Source: Mustelus asterias (lineage: Eukaryota). From it: DNA of 64,000 nucleotides. The DNA lies in assembly GCF_964213995.1 (NCBI RefSeq), contig NW_027590479.1, positions 62,001 to 126,000 of the forward strand, read 5' to 3'. This document shows positions 10,970-24,265 of the stretch, piece after piece. The translations under genes and the position numbers were made by a program. The stretch's first letter is position 1. The number at the start of each line of letters is the position of its first letter. The notes beneath the pieces were generated by a model. That model worked only from the letters and a program-made list of their open reading frames with translations, made no database searches and had not been told where the DNA came from.

Positions 10970-13483
10970 AGCAAGAGGAACAGATTGGGAAGCAGATCCT
11001 GGAGAGATGTGATAATAACAGAGTGGTCGTGATGGGAGATTTTAATTTCCCAAATATCGATTGGAATATCCCTAGGGTAAGGGGTTTATATGGGGAGCAG
11101 TTTGTTAGGTGTGTTCAGGGGGGCTTCCTGACAGAGTATGTGGATAAGCCTACAAGAGGAGAGCCTGTACCTGATTTGGTATTAGGGAATGAACCTGGGC
11201 AGGTGTCAGATCTCTCAGTGGGAGAGCACTTTGGGGATAGTGATCATAACTCAATCTCCTTTACATTAGCATTGCAGAGAGATAGGATCAGTCAAGCTAG
11301 GAAAGTGTTTATTTGGAGTTAGGGTAATTATGAGGCTATTAGGCAGGAAATTAGAGGCATCAATTGGAAGGAGGTTTTCTCAGGGAAATGTACAGAAGAA
11401 ATGTGGCAAGGAAAATGTGTCTGGAGCTCTGCACAGCAACGTACGAATGAGACAGGGGAGTTATGGTAGGTCACAGGAACCATGGTGCACGAAAGCTGTA
11501 ACGAATTTAGCCAAGAAGAAAAGAAAAGCCTACAAAAGGTTCAGGGAGCTAGGTAATGTTATAAATCTAGAAGAGTATACGACTAGTAGGAAGGAACTTA
11601 GGAGGGAAATTCGAAGAGCAAGAAGGGGTCATGAGAAGGCCTTGCTGGGCAGGATAAAGGAAAACCCCAAGGCATTCTACAAGTATGTTAAGAGCAAGAG
11701 GATAAGATGTGAAGGAGTAGGACCTATCAAATGTGACGGTGGGAAAGTCTGTTTAGAACCGATAGAAATGGCAGAGGTACTCAATGAATATTTTGCTTCA
11801 GTATTCACAGTGGAAAAGGATCTTGGTAGTTGCAGTGCAGACTTCCTGTGGACTGAGAATATTGAGCATGTGGACATTAGGAAAGAGGATGTGTTGGAGC
11901 GTTTGGAAAGCATCAAGGTAGATAAATCGCCGGGACCGGATGGGGTGTACCCCAGGTTACTATGGGAGGCGAGGGAAGAGATTGCTGAGCCTCTGGCGAT
12001 GATCTTTGCGTCATCAATGGAGACGGGAGAGGTTCTGGAGGATTGGAGGATTGCGGATGTGGTTCCGTTATTGAAGAAAGTGAGAAGCGATAGCGCAGGA
12101 AATTATAGACCGGTGAGTCTAACCTCAGTGGTTGGTAAGTTGATGGAGAAGATCCTGAGAGGCAGGATTTATGAACATCTGGAGAGGAATAGTATGATCA
12201 GAAATAGCCAGCACGGCTTTGTCCAGGGCAGATCATGCCTTACGAGCCTAATTGAATTTTTTGAAGATGTAACTAGACACATAGACGATGGAAGAGCGGT
12301 AGACGTAGATTATATGGATTTCAGCAAGGCGTTTGATAAGGTGCCCCATGAAAGGCTCATTGAGAAAGTGAAGGGGCATGGGATACAAGGGGACATGCTT
12401 TGTGGATTCAGAACTGGCTTCCCCACAAAAGGCAAAGAGTGGTTGTAGATGGGTCTTTTTCAGCATGGAGGTCAGTCACCAGTGGAGTGCCCCAGGGATC
12501 TGTTCTGGGACTCTTGCTCTTTGTGATTTTTATAAATGACCGAGATGAGGAAGTGGAAGGATGGGTTGGCAGGTTTGCTGATGACACAAAGGTTGGTGGT
12601 GTTGTGGATAGTGTAGAGGGATGTCAGCAGTTGCAACGAGACATAGATAAGATGCAAGACACGGCGGAGAAGTGGCAGATGGACTTCAACACAGATAAGT
12701 GTGTGGTGGTTCATTTTGGCAGGTCGAATAGGATGAACGAATGTAATATTGAGGGTAAGACGCTTGGCAGTGTGGAAGATCAGAAGGATCTTGGGGCCCG
12801 GGTTCATAGGACGCTCAAAGCAGCGTCTCAGATAGGGGCTATGGTTCAGAAGGCGCATGGAATACTGGCCTTCATCAATAGAGGAACTGAGTTTAGAAAT
12901 CGGGAGATATTGCTGCAGCTGTATAGGACCCTGGTAAGACCCCACCTGGAGTACTGTGCCCAGTTCTGGTCGCCTCATTACAGAAAGGATGTGGAAGCCA
13001 TAGAAAGGGTGCAGAGGAGATTTACAAGGATGTTGCCTGGATTAGGTGGCACGCCTTATGAGGATAGCTTGAGAGAGCGAGGTCTTTTCTCCTTGGAGAG
13101 GCGAAGGATGAGGGGTGATCTGATAGAGGTGTATGAGATGTTGAGGGGTATTGATAGAGTGGATTCTCAGAGGCTTTCACCCAGGTCTGTAATGGTTGCC
13201 ACAAGAGGTCACAGCTTTAGGGTGCTGGGGAGTAGGTACAGAGGAGATGTTAGGGGTACGTTTTTCACTCAGAGGGTGGTGGGTGCGTGGAATCGGCTGC
13301 CGGAAGTGGTGGTGGAGGCGGATTCGATAGGGTCTTTTAAGAGACTTTTGGATAAGCCCATGGAAGTTAGGAAGATATAGGGTTATAGGTAAGCCTAGTA
13401 GGTAGGGACATGTTCGGCGCAACTTGTGGGCCGAAGGGCCTGTTTGTGCTGTAGCTTTTCTATGTTCTGTGTTCTATGTTCTA
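10970..13483 (+). mobile_element. CR1 LINE ORF2 (endonuclease C-terminal half + RT), frameshifted
   Basis: GDFNFPNIDW, DLVLGNE and GDSDHN (APE endonuclease); RT motifs in ORFs 11330-12448 and 12400-13380; TTCTATGTTCT tail. Confidence 0.95.
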
Positions 13484-13749
13484 AGTAATGAGTACAATTG
13501 GTTGAGATTATTCGAAGGAAGATGAGAATGATGCATTAATGAGTCAGCAGAAATCATTGCACTCTTAGAAATTTGCCAGACGAACACTTTTACATTTTGA
13601 AGATCAAGCTAAGTTGAGAAGTCAGGTTGAAAGAGACGGTTTTCTTCTTGAATTAAGTAACGTGGGCTCACATTCGAACCATTGGACCCTGCAGCAACAC
13701 AGCGCGGTTGAACATTGCCGACAGGCCGATGAGCAGCAGGGTGCTGTCA

Positions 13750-13822
13750 GTTTCTGTAGTGTAGTGGTTATTACATTCGCCTCACACGCGGAAAGACCCC
13801 GGTTTGAAACAGGGCGCAAGCA
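13750..13822 (+). tRNA. tRNA-Val(CAC), probable pseudogene
   Basis: GTTTCTGTAGTGTAGTGGTTATTACATTCGCCTCACACGCGG..CCCCGGTTTGAAACAGGGCGCAAGCA; T-loop TTTG, acceptor and T-stem mismatches; TTTT follows. Confidence 0.85.
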
Positions 13823-14944
13823 CTTTTGGATCCTTCTCGTTAAGCTTGGGCGAAGTCTGCATGATTTAATAAAGATTTGACAAGGAGTCAACTGGACTCG
13901 AAACGTCAGCTCTTTTGTCTCCTTACAGATGCTGCCAGACCTGCTGAGACTTTCCAGCATTTTCTCTTTTGGTTTCTGCATGATTCAACATTCAGCGAAC
14001 CTCGAGGTTACACCAACTCAAATGCATTTAGGAAAATCAGATCTTACATCAACTCAAATGCTTTGAGGAAAATCAGAAATGCTGTATTTTAGGACGCTAT
14101 GACAGCAAATAAATGTTTGTATGGTTTGCATACATATTCGCTCCTCGTTCAGCCCACAACAGAATTTAATGGGTTTATGGATGCAGACTAACATATCTAA
14201 TCACCATCTGAAACATGTCTGAAAGTATTGCCTCCTCATGAAGGCAAACGGAAGTGAAGCTGCAATTGAATTAGAGGTAATGGCGCACATTTTTTCGAAG
14301 CATCATTTTAAAAATTGTTCTTCATGATAAAGAAATAGGAAACAAACACTCAGGCAGATGAGGAAATCGCGAATCAGTGCGGACCTGCTGGACTTCCTAC
14401 AGATGAACGAGATTTAAATGCCACAAGGTTTTACACACAGAATAAAGAAGGGTCAAGTATAAATAACAGATCATTCTTAAATCTCTTCCCTTGGAAGATA
14501 TGTGATTTTTAAAAAAAGTATGGTCATTCTCCAATAAGTACCATAGGATGTGTATTACCCAGTGAATAGATTTATTTTGATGGTCAGTCATGTTTGCAAT
14601 TCAATATTTTATATTTCAGAGATACTCAATTCAGAATGCGGACATCTGGTTAAATAAATGTACTGATATTAAATGTTGAATAACGAACCAATACTGGATA
14701 TAAACGGTTGAAATTATTGGACGGAAGATGAGAATGATGCATTAATGATTGAGCAGAAATCATTGCTCCCTTAGACATTTGCCGGACGATCGCTTTTTAA
14801 CTTTGAAGTACAAGATAAGTTGAGATATCAGGTTCAAAGTAACGGATGTGTTCTTGTATTGAGTGACATGGGCCCTCAATCTCACCATTAGAACCTGCAG
14901 CAACACTGTGGAGTTGAACATTGTAGTCAAGCCGATTGGCGGCG

Positions 14945-15017
14945 CTATGCGGTCACTTGGTTATCACATTCACCTCATACGCAGGCGGTTCCTGGTTCCT
15001 GACCAGGAAGGAACATT
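14945..15017 (+). pseudogene. tRNA-Val relic in duplicated block
   Basis: TGGTTATCACATTCACCTCATACGC..CCTGGTTCC; same position within the 14705-15165 copy of block 13500-14090. Confidence 0.65.
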
Positions 15018-15457
15018 CATTTAGGTTTCCCATGTAGGGTGAGAGAAATATGTTTGATTTCAGTTTGTTGGTAAACATTATCTGAATCTCGATGTTGCAG
15101 CCATATTATCTTTGCTCTGACTCCGGCCTCACATGCTTTCTCCAAAATCAGAAATGCTGAATTTGATGACGCACATTATACAAAATTGTGTAAATTCTCT
15201 CAGACATTCTGGATTATGAACAAAACGTAATTGAGATTAACATTTACTTAATGTCTTAAACTTACTTGATGAAAATCTTTGAGTAGAATTTAACTTAAAA
15301 TAGTCAGTTTCTGTTGAAAAGCCATTAGCTAACATCAATTTCTCCAGAGAAGCGGACTAAAGTTCGCCAGCATCTGTCTGAAGAGATCGAAAGTTAATGC
15401 AGACATTTTTTATCCAAAGTAATATGGAATTGGTAAACCTATTTTAAAGTTTCACGC

Positions 15458-15530
15458 CGAACCAGCCAGGAGTTGAACTTAGAGCCTTCTGATATGCAGG
15501 GAGAGCCGTTACCCATTACGCCACTGGCCC
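15458..15530 (-). pseudogene. tRNA-Arg(ACG)-derived pseudogene
   Basis: GGGCCAGTGGCGTAATGGGTAACG..ATCAGAAG..GTTCAACTCCTGGCTGGTTCG; anticodon arm destroyed. Confidence 0.75.
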
Positions 15531-15959
15531 ACACCCAACCTTGTGGAAGATGTTACATATTGGTCCAACGTTTCGAAATCAGGCAGAATTTTTAAAAAAT
15601 TCTGCGTTCACTTGTGAGGAAAAGTTTCATCATTCAGAGTGTCTTTATTCATTTACAATCATCCCTAATTGCCCTTGAATTGAATTGCTGAGTTAACCTG
15701 CCGTGTTGGAATTCAAACTGCTGTCTAAATACAATAAGGCTATCCAACTACTCACCGTTCCCCTCAGTGAATCAACGATCGAATATTACTTGAACATAAT
15801 ATTTTACACACATGTGCCATTAGCTCTTACATATGCCTCAACATGTATCCAGAACAAAGAAATAGAAGTGTTGTAAATTCTCTGCACACTGAGCAGGAAA
15901 AGAACTGCTCTTATTTTGACTCAGCAAACATATTATCAGTTCGTGCAGTGTCTTCGTGA

Positions 15960-16355
15960 GCAGGTCAGAGGCTGGGAATCCTGCAGCGAGTAACTCACCT
16001 GACTCCCCAAAACCTGTCCGCCATCTACAAGGCATAAGTCGGGTGTCAGTGGATACTCCCCACTTATCTGGATGATGCAGGAACTCACCAAATACACTCG
16101 AGACAGCTGTTTTCAAATCCAAAACCGCAACCACCTGTAGGTTCCCCTCAAGGCAATCAATGACCTTGACTTGGAAATATAATGACCAGGAAAAACAACC
16201 CGTACCCCTTCACGAACAGCATTATGGATGTACCTGCACCAATACACTGCACTGCTCAAGAAGGCAGCTCGCCACCACCTTCTCAAGGGTAATTAGTGAT
16301 GGGTAATAAATGCAGGCCCAGCCAGTGACACCCACATCTCGTTAATGAATAAAAG
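15960..16355 (+). mobile_element. Old LINE (CR1/L2-clade) 3' fragment
   Basis: Degenerate YKAQVRSVMEYSPLAW-like coding plus AAGAAGGCAGCTCGCCACCACCTTCTCAAGGG 3' motif. Confidence 0.6.
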
Positions 16356-17246
16356 AAAAAGAACGGGCAATCATGGGATCCCTTGAACAGATGAAGGGTG
16401 ACAAACTGAATGTCCGCTGCCAAGTCAATCCTTTTGAAAATGTTTTTTCTCGTGAGCGTGTTGTGCTGATGGATTCCCTGCAGTTTGTGCTCAGGATTTC
16501 AAACCAGACCACATATTAACCAATCCCGCTGTCTGCACCTGAAAGAAATGCACAAAACCTGCGGATTAGTCAATAAACATCAAACAGCTCGGCCGGCATG
16601 TGAAGTCTAGACTTCTCGCATACTTTGATTTCAAAGACCAAGAGCAAGAATCGTTCCGCTCGACCAATGACTCTACACTTGCAGTCCTTTCACCAAAGTC
16701 TCACTCATTTGTTTGCATCCAAAGCAGCTTATAAATCTCTTTAAAAGCCAAAATTGTTGAAAGCACTCAGCAGAGAAACATAGAATCCCGACAGTGCTGA
16801 AAGAGACCATTCGACCCATCGCGTCTGCACCGACCACAATCCCACCCAAGGCCCTATCCCCATCACCCTATGCATTTACCCTAGCAGGCCCCCCACCCGC
16901 CCCCACGCCCCCGCCCCCCCGCCCCCCCACCCCCCCGCCCCTCCCCCGCCCCCCCCCCCGCCCCTCCCCCGCCCCCCCCCAATCAACTCAACAGGAAAAT
17001 CCGAGCTGCAATAAAAAGCATTTGCTGACAGACGGCGCCAAATTCAAGTCCCAGCGTCACAAATGTTAACATGTCTGGATGGCTTGTGATGTCACAATAG
17101 ACTGACCAACCACCCCTCCCCACTCCACCCAGACGCGCACACATACACGCACTCACTCACTGGAATCAGCCGGACAGAGCCCGGGTTCCCTCTCTCCTCA
17201 ATCGCTGACTCATTCCGTTCGCATTCACCGAGAGAGATGGGCTGCG

Positions 17247-17778
17247 ATGCTTTTGGTCATACTGGCGGCGCTCTCGCACAGTCAGCACTGGATGATGTTC
17301 ATCAAACCGGATAAATATATTGATGGCAACTTGATTAACAATCTAAAATATCCATGCGATGCGCAGAATGGAGGTTCCACAAACTATCGCAGATACAAAC
17401 ACATTTACGTTAACACTTGATATTTCATTCTTCTGCCTTTCCAGACGGGCTGTGCGTAGATCCAGTAACTCAGTCACCGGTGACAATAACCGCATCGGAA
17501 AGGGGCTTTGGCGCAGTTACATTGTAATTAGAGAGAAAAGGATATGCACAGCATGCAATGGTATCAGCAGAAACCGGCACAGCCACCGACATGGATTATT
17601 TCCAAAATATTAACAATGAAGGAAGATAAAGTTTCAGGACGATATCTGGCGATAGCTAACAAGTCTAATCAGAACGGTTACCTTAATATCAGCCACCTTC
17701 AGTGTGGGGGACGGGGCTGTCAATTACTGTGCAATTAGGCACAACGTTAGATTACAGTTAAAACCCCGTACAAAGACC
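17247..17778 (+). pseudogene. TCR alpha/delta-type V pseudogene #1 (leader 17247-17280, V exon 17445-17739, 23-RSS 17740-17778)
   Basis: Leader MLLVILAALSH + GT donor; TTCCAG acceptor; DPVTQSP..LHCN*..MQWYQQKPAQPP..NYCAIR with two frameshifts and a stop; CACAACG-23 bp-ACAAAGACC. Confidence 0.85.
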
Positions 17779-18239
17779 TCAGCCATTTTCTACAGGTCCA
17801 TTAAGTTTGCTTCTGCGAGAATGGTTTGTCCCCGGGTTCACGAAGGCAGTCAGATCTATTTATCGGGCATTTTGTCCTGATTGAGATCGGCAAAGAAGCA
17901 GTTTGGGAAATCCCCATGCTGCGATTTACATAGTAAGCACGAACCAGGAATATCATCAGCAGGGTGAACTCAGGTGAAAATATGGCAGGAAATTACAGGC
18001 TGTTCTTTCAGAATTGCTAGCTCAAATACCACGACCCCCCCCCCCCCCCCAGACACCGAATCTCCGGTACACTTGGAGTATGCTAAATACTAATTGGATA
18101 AAAATCTTAAGTGCTTAACAAATGAGATGTAGAATAACTGCCACATAGACTCACCAAACAACACGACTATTATTATAAATCCGGGACACAGATGCCTACC
18201 CATCAGCACGAAGATAGTCGATTCTCACAGCTGACATTG

Positions 18240-19040
18240 GTGTATTGTGTGGTGGTGAGCTGCCTTCTTGAAGCGCTGCCCGAGATGCAGGTACACCCAC
18301 GTGCTGTTAGTGAGGGAGTTCCAGGGTGTTGACCCAGTGAGCGTGAAGGAATAGCGATATATTTCCAAGTAAGGATGTGGAATAACTTGGAAGGGAACCT
18401 CGAGGTTGTCGTGTTCCCATTTGTCTGCTGCCCTTGTCCTTCGTGTGTTTGGATTTTGCGATCTAAAAAAAACCTTGGTGAGTTGCTGCAGTGTATCCTG
18501 TAGATGGTGCACACGGCTGCCACTGTTCGTCTGTGGTGGCAGGAATGGATGTTTATGGAATGGGTAGCAATCAAGCGGGCTGCTTTGTCATGTATCTTGT
18601 CGACCTTATTGAGTTTCGTTGGAGCTACATTCATCCAAGCAAGCAGAGAGTATTCCATCACACTCCTGACTTGTACCTTATAGATGCTGGACAGGCTTTG
18701 GGGAGTCACGAGGCGTGTTACTCGCCGCAGGATTCATTAGATCTGCTCTGGTAGCCACTGTATTAATATTCCTGGGTCCAGTTCAATTTTCGGTCAACTC
18801 CCAGGATGTAGATGAGGGTGGGGGTGGGGAAGGGGGTGTGTGTGGGGGCGGGGGGGGGGTGGAGGTGGGGGAGGTGGGGAGGCGGGAGCAGGGGGGAGGA
18901 TTCAGCGATGGCAATGCCATTGAACATCAAGGAACGTTGGTTAGATCCTCTCTTTTAAGAGATGATCATGGTCTGGAACTTGTGCGACGTGAATGTTGCT
19001 TGTTTATCAGATCAAACCTGAATATTGTTTAGGTCTTGCG
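18240..19040 (-). mobile_element. Old LINE (CR1/L2-clade) RT/3' fragment
   Basis: ORF 18203-18709: IYKVQVRSVMEYSLLAW..HHRRTVAAVCTIY. Confidence 0.7.
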
Positions 19041-19073
19041 GTATTTGGGCATAGACCAAATGTCTGATTCGAG

Positions 19074-19366
19074 ACATAGAAACATAGAAAAAGGAGCAGG
19101 AGGAGGCCATTCGGACCTTTCAGCCTGCTCCGCCTTTCATTACGATCATGGCTGATCGTCCAACTCAATAGCCTAATCCTGCTTTACCCCCACAACTTTT
19201 GATCTCATTTGCCCAAAGTGCTATTTCTAGCCGCCTCTTGAATGCATTCAATGTTTTGCCATCAACTACTTACTGTGGTAATGAATTTCACAGGCTCGCC
19301 ACTCTTTGGGTGAAGAAATGTCTCCTCACCTCCGTCCTAAATGGTCTACCCCGATTCCTCAGACTG
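19074..19366 (-). mobile_element. CR1 3' end fragment
   Basis: CATAGAAACATAGAAA tail; FFTQRVASL.NSLP-like coding on the minus strand. Confidence 0.75.
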
Positions 19367-19624
19367 TAAGACAATGCAGTATCATCCTTAAATTAAAGAA
19401 TGCGGATGATTTTCTCATCACAAAACCCACTCTCACTGAGTGACTGCTTCTGCAATCGGATAAGTTATGCCCTGACTGTCAATATGTCTGAGCAAAGCCG
19501 CTGTCAGGAATTGCAAAGCCCTGACAACCGCGCTCACATACTCCATTTCCTGTTCTCGTTCTGACATGTCTTGCCTGCAGTGTGCTGTTTATTTGATCGC
19601 TACGGCAACTGTAAACAGGGGTGA

Positions 19625-20121
19625 GGTTTTTGTACAGTGACTGCCGTCTTTCCTCTCAGTGTGGGCTCTATCGCACAGTAATATAAAGCGGTATCCGTGC
19701 TCTCCGTGTTTTCAATTATCAACTGGCTCGATTTGTCCGCAGTGGAAAGTTCCAATTCGAATCGGTCCTTTCTCTCTTTGCTATCCGAGAATCTACGTAT
19801 CATCCACTGCAGACCTTGACCGGGTTTTTGTCTGTACCGATACATTCTGTAAATGCTGGACATATCATAGCTGCAGTTTAGCCGCACCGAATCCCCGCTC
19901 TGGGCTGTTCTGGCTATGGGAGTTTGTGAAACTTAGTCCGAACGACACCGATCTATAAAAAAAAACATTTAGTCAATTAGGCACTGGAGCAAAATGTATT
20001 TAAATAGCAGTCTCGACACGTTATAGAGTAAATTTCTTGCACTTAGAACCATAATAAAATGGAACAGACTCATTTGCACCGTGTAATACAATAAAAATGT
20101 CAATCGGAAAATGGAGCACAT
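19625..20121 (-). pseudogene. TCR alpha/delta-type V pseudogene #2 (V exon 19952-19664; 23-RSS 19663-19625; putative leader from 20121)
   Basis: T-rich TATAG acceptor; RCRSD*VSQTP..SVRLNCSY..MYRYRQKPGQGLQW..DTALYYCAIE; in-frame TAA and conserved Trp changed to Arg; CACACTG-23 bp-ACAAAAACC; leader donor not canonical. Confidence 0.9.
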
Positions 20122-21184
20122 CTCACAGCAGAAAGGCACGAAGCGAATCAACAACTTCAATATTCCCCTAATGTAAGATGCACCAGAGAAACCTTCAGAC
20201 ACTGGGGTTTCCTGCAATCTGATTGGCTGGAATCAGACTCTGTTCTTCCGATGTAAGGATGTGTTTGTTGATCCACTGCTGCTTCTCTTCCGGGTCACGT
20301 GTGAACAAGTCAATTGTTTATAAACCAGGACCCTGTTTTACTGCAGTTATTTTAGTTGATAAAAGTGTTTAAAGCTTAACTGTTCAACAATGAAGGCATT
20401 GATTTCAAATTGAGGTAATTATTCATGCGAATTCCACCCAAGTTGCAGTTCAAGTGATCGTTTTAAATACAAGCAGCTCCTCACGCTGCTCAGGTCTGGC
20501 TCCGTTATCCTCGGAAACTCTACATTGGGATCTCAATTGAAGCATCAACGATTTCGTTGATGTCCTGTACCGTTCTGGTTATTTTCTTTTCTATGCTCAT
20601 CATCCTCACACTGACAAGAGGAATATCCTGATTTTATTTATAACGTCTCATTTTATAATTTCCCCGTGCTTTCCGAAAGGGAAGAATTCGGAAATGTAAT
20701 GTCGAATATTTACAACCTACAAACAGCAATAGCAACATTAGCAAGGCGTAGGAATATATTGCGTAAAATATAAACATCCTATTTGTGCTAATAATAATTT
20801 GTTTCCATAGTTACTCATTTATTATTTTTTATTTAATAAAGTTACTGAACACTTTTGTGAGTCTGGAGCTCTTTCCAACATTGAACCCAAACAATCTCTC
20901 ACTGCCCTCTGGTGGCGCCGACATTAGAAGTAAGTTACAGCGTCCAAGTATTTTCACCTCCGGGAATCAAGATTGTTTTGAACAATGACCGATCCTAAAC
21001 TCTGCAACAGTTTTTAAATGTTTTCTCTTTGCATTTTTAAATTGGAAACTTGTGGTGACGAATCTGTTTTCTCATGGGTTAATCGTCTTCACAATTATTA
21101 ATTGCTTCATATTTTATCCCACTGCCTCGTCTTTCCTTGTCCATCTTCCCCTTTGCCATTTAAACTTTCTTACCTTCCACTGAA

Positions 21185-21410
21185 TTTACACATTCTCCCC
21201 GTGTCTGCGTGGGTTTCCTCCAGTTGTTCTGGTTTTCTCCCACAGTCCAAGGATGTGCAAGTTAGGTTGATTGGCCATGATAAATTGGTTCTTATTTCGG
21301 GCGATCAGCAGGGTACAAATGTGGGGTTACGGGAATAGGGTGGGATTGTTATCAGTGCAGGCTCGATGGGTCGAATGGCCTCCTACTGTGCTGTAGGGAT
21401 TTTATGATTC
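21185..21410 (+). mobile_element. V-SINE/HE1-like SINE, 5'-truncated
   Basis: CACATTCTCCCCGTGTCTGCGTGGGTTTCC core and TATGATTCTA tail. Confidence 0.75.
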
Positions 21411-21774
21411 TAAATGTAATCAATGCTTCGCTCTTCACAGATGCAGTCAGATTGAATGAATGTTCCAGAATTTCCAGATGTTCTTATTACAGGCATCAAG
21501 CATTTGCAGCATGATGTCTTTGGTTAACTGGTGTGTTCTCAGAATGGGGAAATTATTTGCAAAGAAAATTGAGATCTCCCTCTAAGCTGAATCCCGATGG
21601 GTAAAATCAGAATGATAATAAGATCATCATTAGCCTACAATGAAAAGTGATTCACTCGGTCATCACACTTATTGATACAATAGCCGTGTCACACTGGAGA
21701 GCGACAATTAAATGCATCATGGTGGAGAATGGATTCACACCTCGGCCGGATGTGATGCAGTACACGGGATTTCA

Positions 21775-22135
21775 TGAAATCATAGAATCATACAGCGAAA
21801 AAGAGGAATTTCGGCCCATCGAGTCCGCACCAACACATTAGTAACACCCGCAATCCCACCCAATCCCATTTACCAGCACTTGGCCCATAGCCCTGAAAGT
21901 CATGACGTGCCAAGTGCTCATCCAGATTGTTTTTAAAGGATATGAGGCAACCCGCATCTACCACCCTCAGAGGCAGCACATTCCAGACCGTCAACACCGT
22001 CTGGGTGAAAAAGGTTTTCCTCACAATCCCTTAAACCTCCTGCCCCTCATCTTGAACCTATGTACCTTGTCGATTGTCCCTTCAAATAAGGAGAACAGTT
22101 GCACCTTATCCACTGTGTCCATGCCCCTCATAACC
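21775..22135 (-). mobile_element. CR1 3' end fragment
   Basis: ORF 21788-22024 RKTFFTQTVLTVWNVLP; CATAGAATCATA tail. Confidence 0.75.
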
Positions 22136-22876
22136 ATAAGGGTCATAGCGAGAGAAGACAGGAATGAACGTTTCCCGTTGGCCTCTTTTAAGGTCAAACC
22201 GAATAAACAAACTCAATTTAAGTCAGGACAAAGTAAAAGGGGCAGCTCCCCAAAAGTGTGTGGGGGGAGGGGGGGGGGGGGGGGAGGAACAGCCCGAACA
22301 AAAATCAAAGTACAAAGGAAACTTGAAAACATCAAATTAAAGCGTTTCCCGTTGGCAGAAGGATCAATAGCTCGGATTAAAGATTTCAGGTAAGGAGGCT
22401 TAGTGGGGGTGTGAGCAAAACTCGTTACACCCCGGAGGTGGTGGGAAACTGGAACTCACTGCTGAATGGGTGGTGGAGGCAGAGACCCACTTAACTTTGA
22501 GGAAGTATTTAGATGTGTACCTGTGATGTCAAGGCATGCAAGGCTATGGGCCCAGAGCTGAACAAAATGGGAGTATAATAAGGAAGTGGTTGCTTGAGCG
22601 ATGCAGACGCGTTGGGGCAAAGGGCCGTTTCTGTGCTGTAGCCCTGTGACTCTATGACTGGGTACTTGCCCCTGTGAAACATGACTATTTCTGCTGACAT
22701 CTCCCAATACGGCTTGAGATGCACTAATTTGATGTAGATTTAGGGACATTGTCATGTGAGTTTTTCACATATCAATGGTAGCCGCATAATGACACATTGT
22801 TGTCGCACTTCATGTTGCTGCCGCATTGAATGAAATATGTCAAATGCAATGAGTGACCATTTGCAGCGGACGGCCA

Positions 22877-22948
22877 CGTTCGGCATTCTAATGATGAGCA
22901 GGGTGGACTCTGCATCCAGCGATCGGAGTTCAAATCTCGGCAGGACTT
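22877..22948 (+). pseudogene. tRNA-Gln(CTG) pseudogene
   Basis: TGGACTCTGCATCCAGCGATCGGAGTTCAAATCTCGG; 5' half degenerate. Confidence 0.75.
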
Positions 22949-23627
22949 TGATTTTCTTTGCCAAAGCAAATGACTGATTTGCTGCAGGAAATTTTGTTTA
23001 AATTTCACAGAAAGTGTTCCTTTAAACATTGAGAAAATTTCAGCATGTTCCACCGCACTGACATTGCAGCGATTGACTCGCCTGGCGTCACCGCATCAGC
23101 CCCAGAGTGCGATTGCTAAAGAACACAAATCGCTGAGAGGCGGAGAAACCACCTATCGGTGTCATTCACTCGTTCCCAATTTATACAAGAGGTGGGAGAG
23201 GAATAGTGGTTCCTCTCAGATTCGAGGTGCAGAGTACTAACCGTTACTCCATGAAAGTGAAGCGGACCGAGCCATAGCTAAGGCACGAGGCCTTTCTCCG
23301 AAAACGTGCACACACGTACACAAACACACGCACACACACGCACGCACGCGCAAACGCACACGCACACGCACACACACTCACATTTGCTCAAAGATTGCCA
23401 GACTCCAGTCGAATGATTGTTCTTTTCTGACACCAACTGCTTCTTTCTTTCATCAGAGGAATGAAAGAGCAGCGAAAGGATGAAAAAAACACACTGATGT
23501 GCAGGCATCTGGCGCCAGAGACTCAGCAATGTGCATTGTAATAACAGTTGAACTGGCTGACAAATTGTCCTCTCCGTCCGTACTTTGTAAGCAATTTAAA
23601 TGAATGTCAGTCAGCAAAGAAAAAATG

Positions 23628-23698
23628 AGGTTCTGCCGAGATTTGAACTCGGATCGCTGGATTCGTTATCAGTGAATTCACTATTACACCACAGACCC
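23628..23698 (-). pseudogene. tRNA-Gln pseudogene
   Basis: Minus strand has AATCCAGCGATCCGAGTTCAAATCTCGGCAGAACCT; anticodon arm degenerate. Confidence 0.75.
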
Positions 23699-23789
23699 CA
23701 GAACACATGAACAAGCGGCAAATGATCACTCAAAGCATTTGACCTTTTTCATTCAACGTGGCAGCAACAGCAGTGCTAAAACAGTGTGT

Positions 23790-24265
23790 CGTCATACGCC
23801 ACTATTGATGGGATCAAAGGAAATTTGTCAAATTGGATGCAGAATTGTCTGAGTGGCACGGAGCAGACGGTGAATTTCGAGGGCAGTTTTTCAAACTGGA
23901 AGCCTATGTCCACTGAGGTCCCGAAGTGATCAGCGTTGGTGTTCTTGCATCCCTGGTTTGCATGATTGATTTCGATTTGAATGTTGGAGGCTTGAGCAGT
24001 AATTTTGCGGATGATATAAACATTGGAGAGGTGGTGAATAGGGACAAGGATAGCCTTCTTTCACAGATGGATATTGACAGGGTGGTCAGCTGGGCTGATC
24101 AATGGCAAATGGAATTCGATCCGGATGTGAGGTGATGCGGTTGGGCAGAACGAACAATGCAAGCGAATGCATGATGAAGGCAGGACCCTGGGAATCGCCG
24201 AGGGACATTGGTGTGCATGTACTGCGGTCCCTAAATGTAGCAGGACAGGTGAAGAAAGCGGATAA
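23790..24265 (+). mobile_element. Degenerate CR1 RT fragment inside the tRNA array
   Basis: NFADDINIG..WADQWQMEFDP in ORF 23926-24135. Confidence 0.7.

Noticed and set aside
16430-16665. Possible leader/acceptor/V relic on the minus strand (SGTILALGL*NQ; TTTCAG-ADSGI)
   Set aside because: No Cys/Trp landmarks or convincing RSS; indistinguishable from chance
16888-16980. Poly-C/G tracts (also ~18815-18900, 37515-37560, 46875-46935) as functional G-quadruplex or switch-like elements
   Set aside because: Several lie inside decayed retroelements; they are simple homopolymer-rich expansions with no consistent position relative to genes
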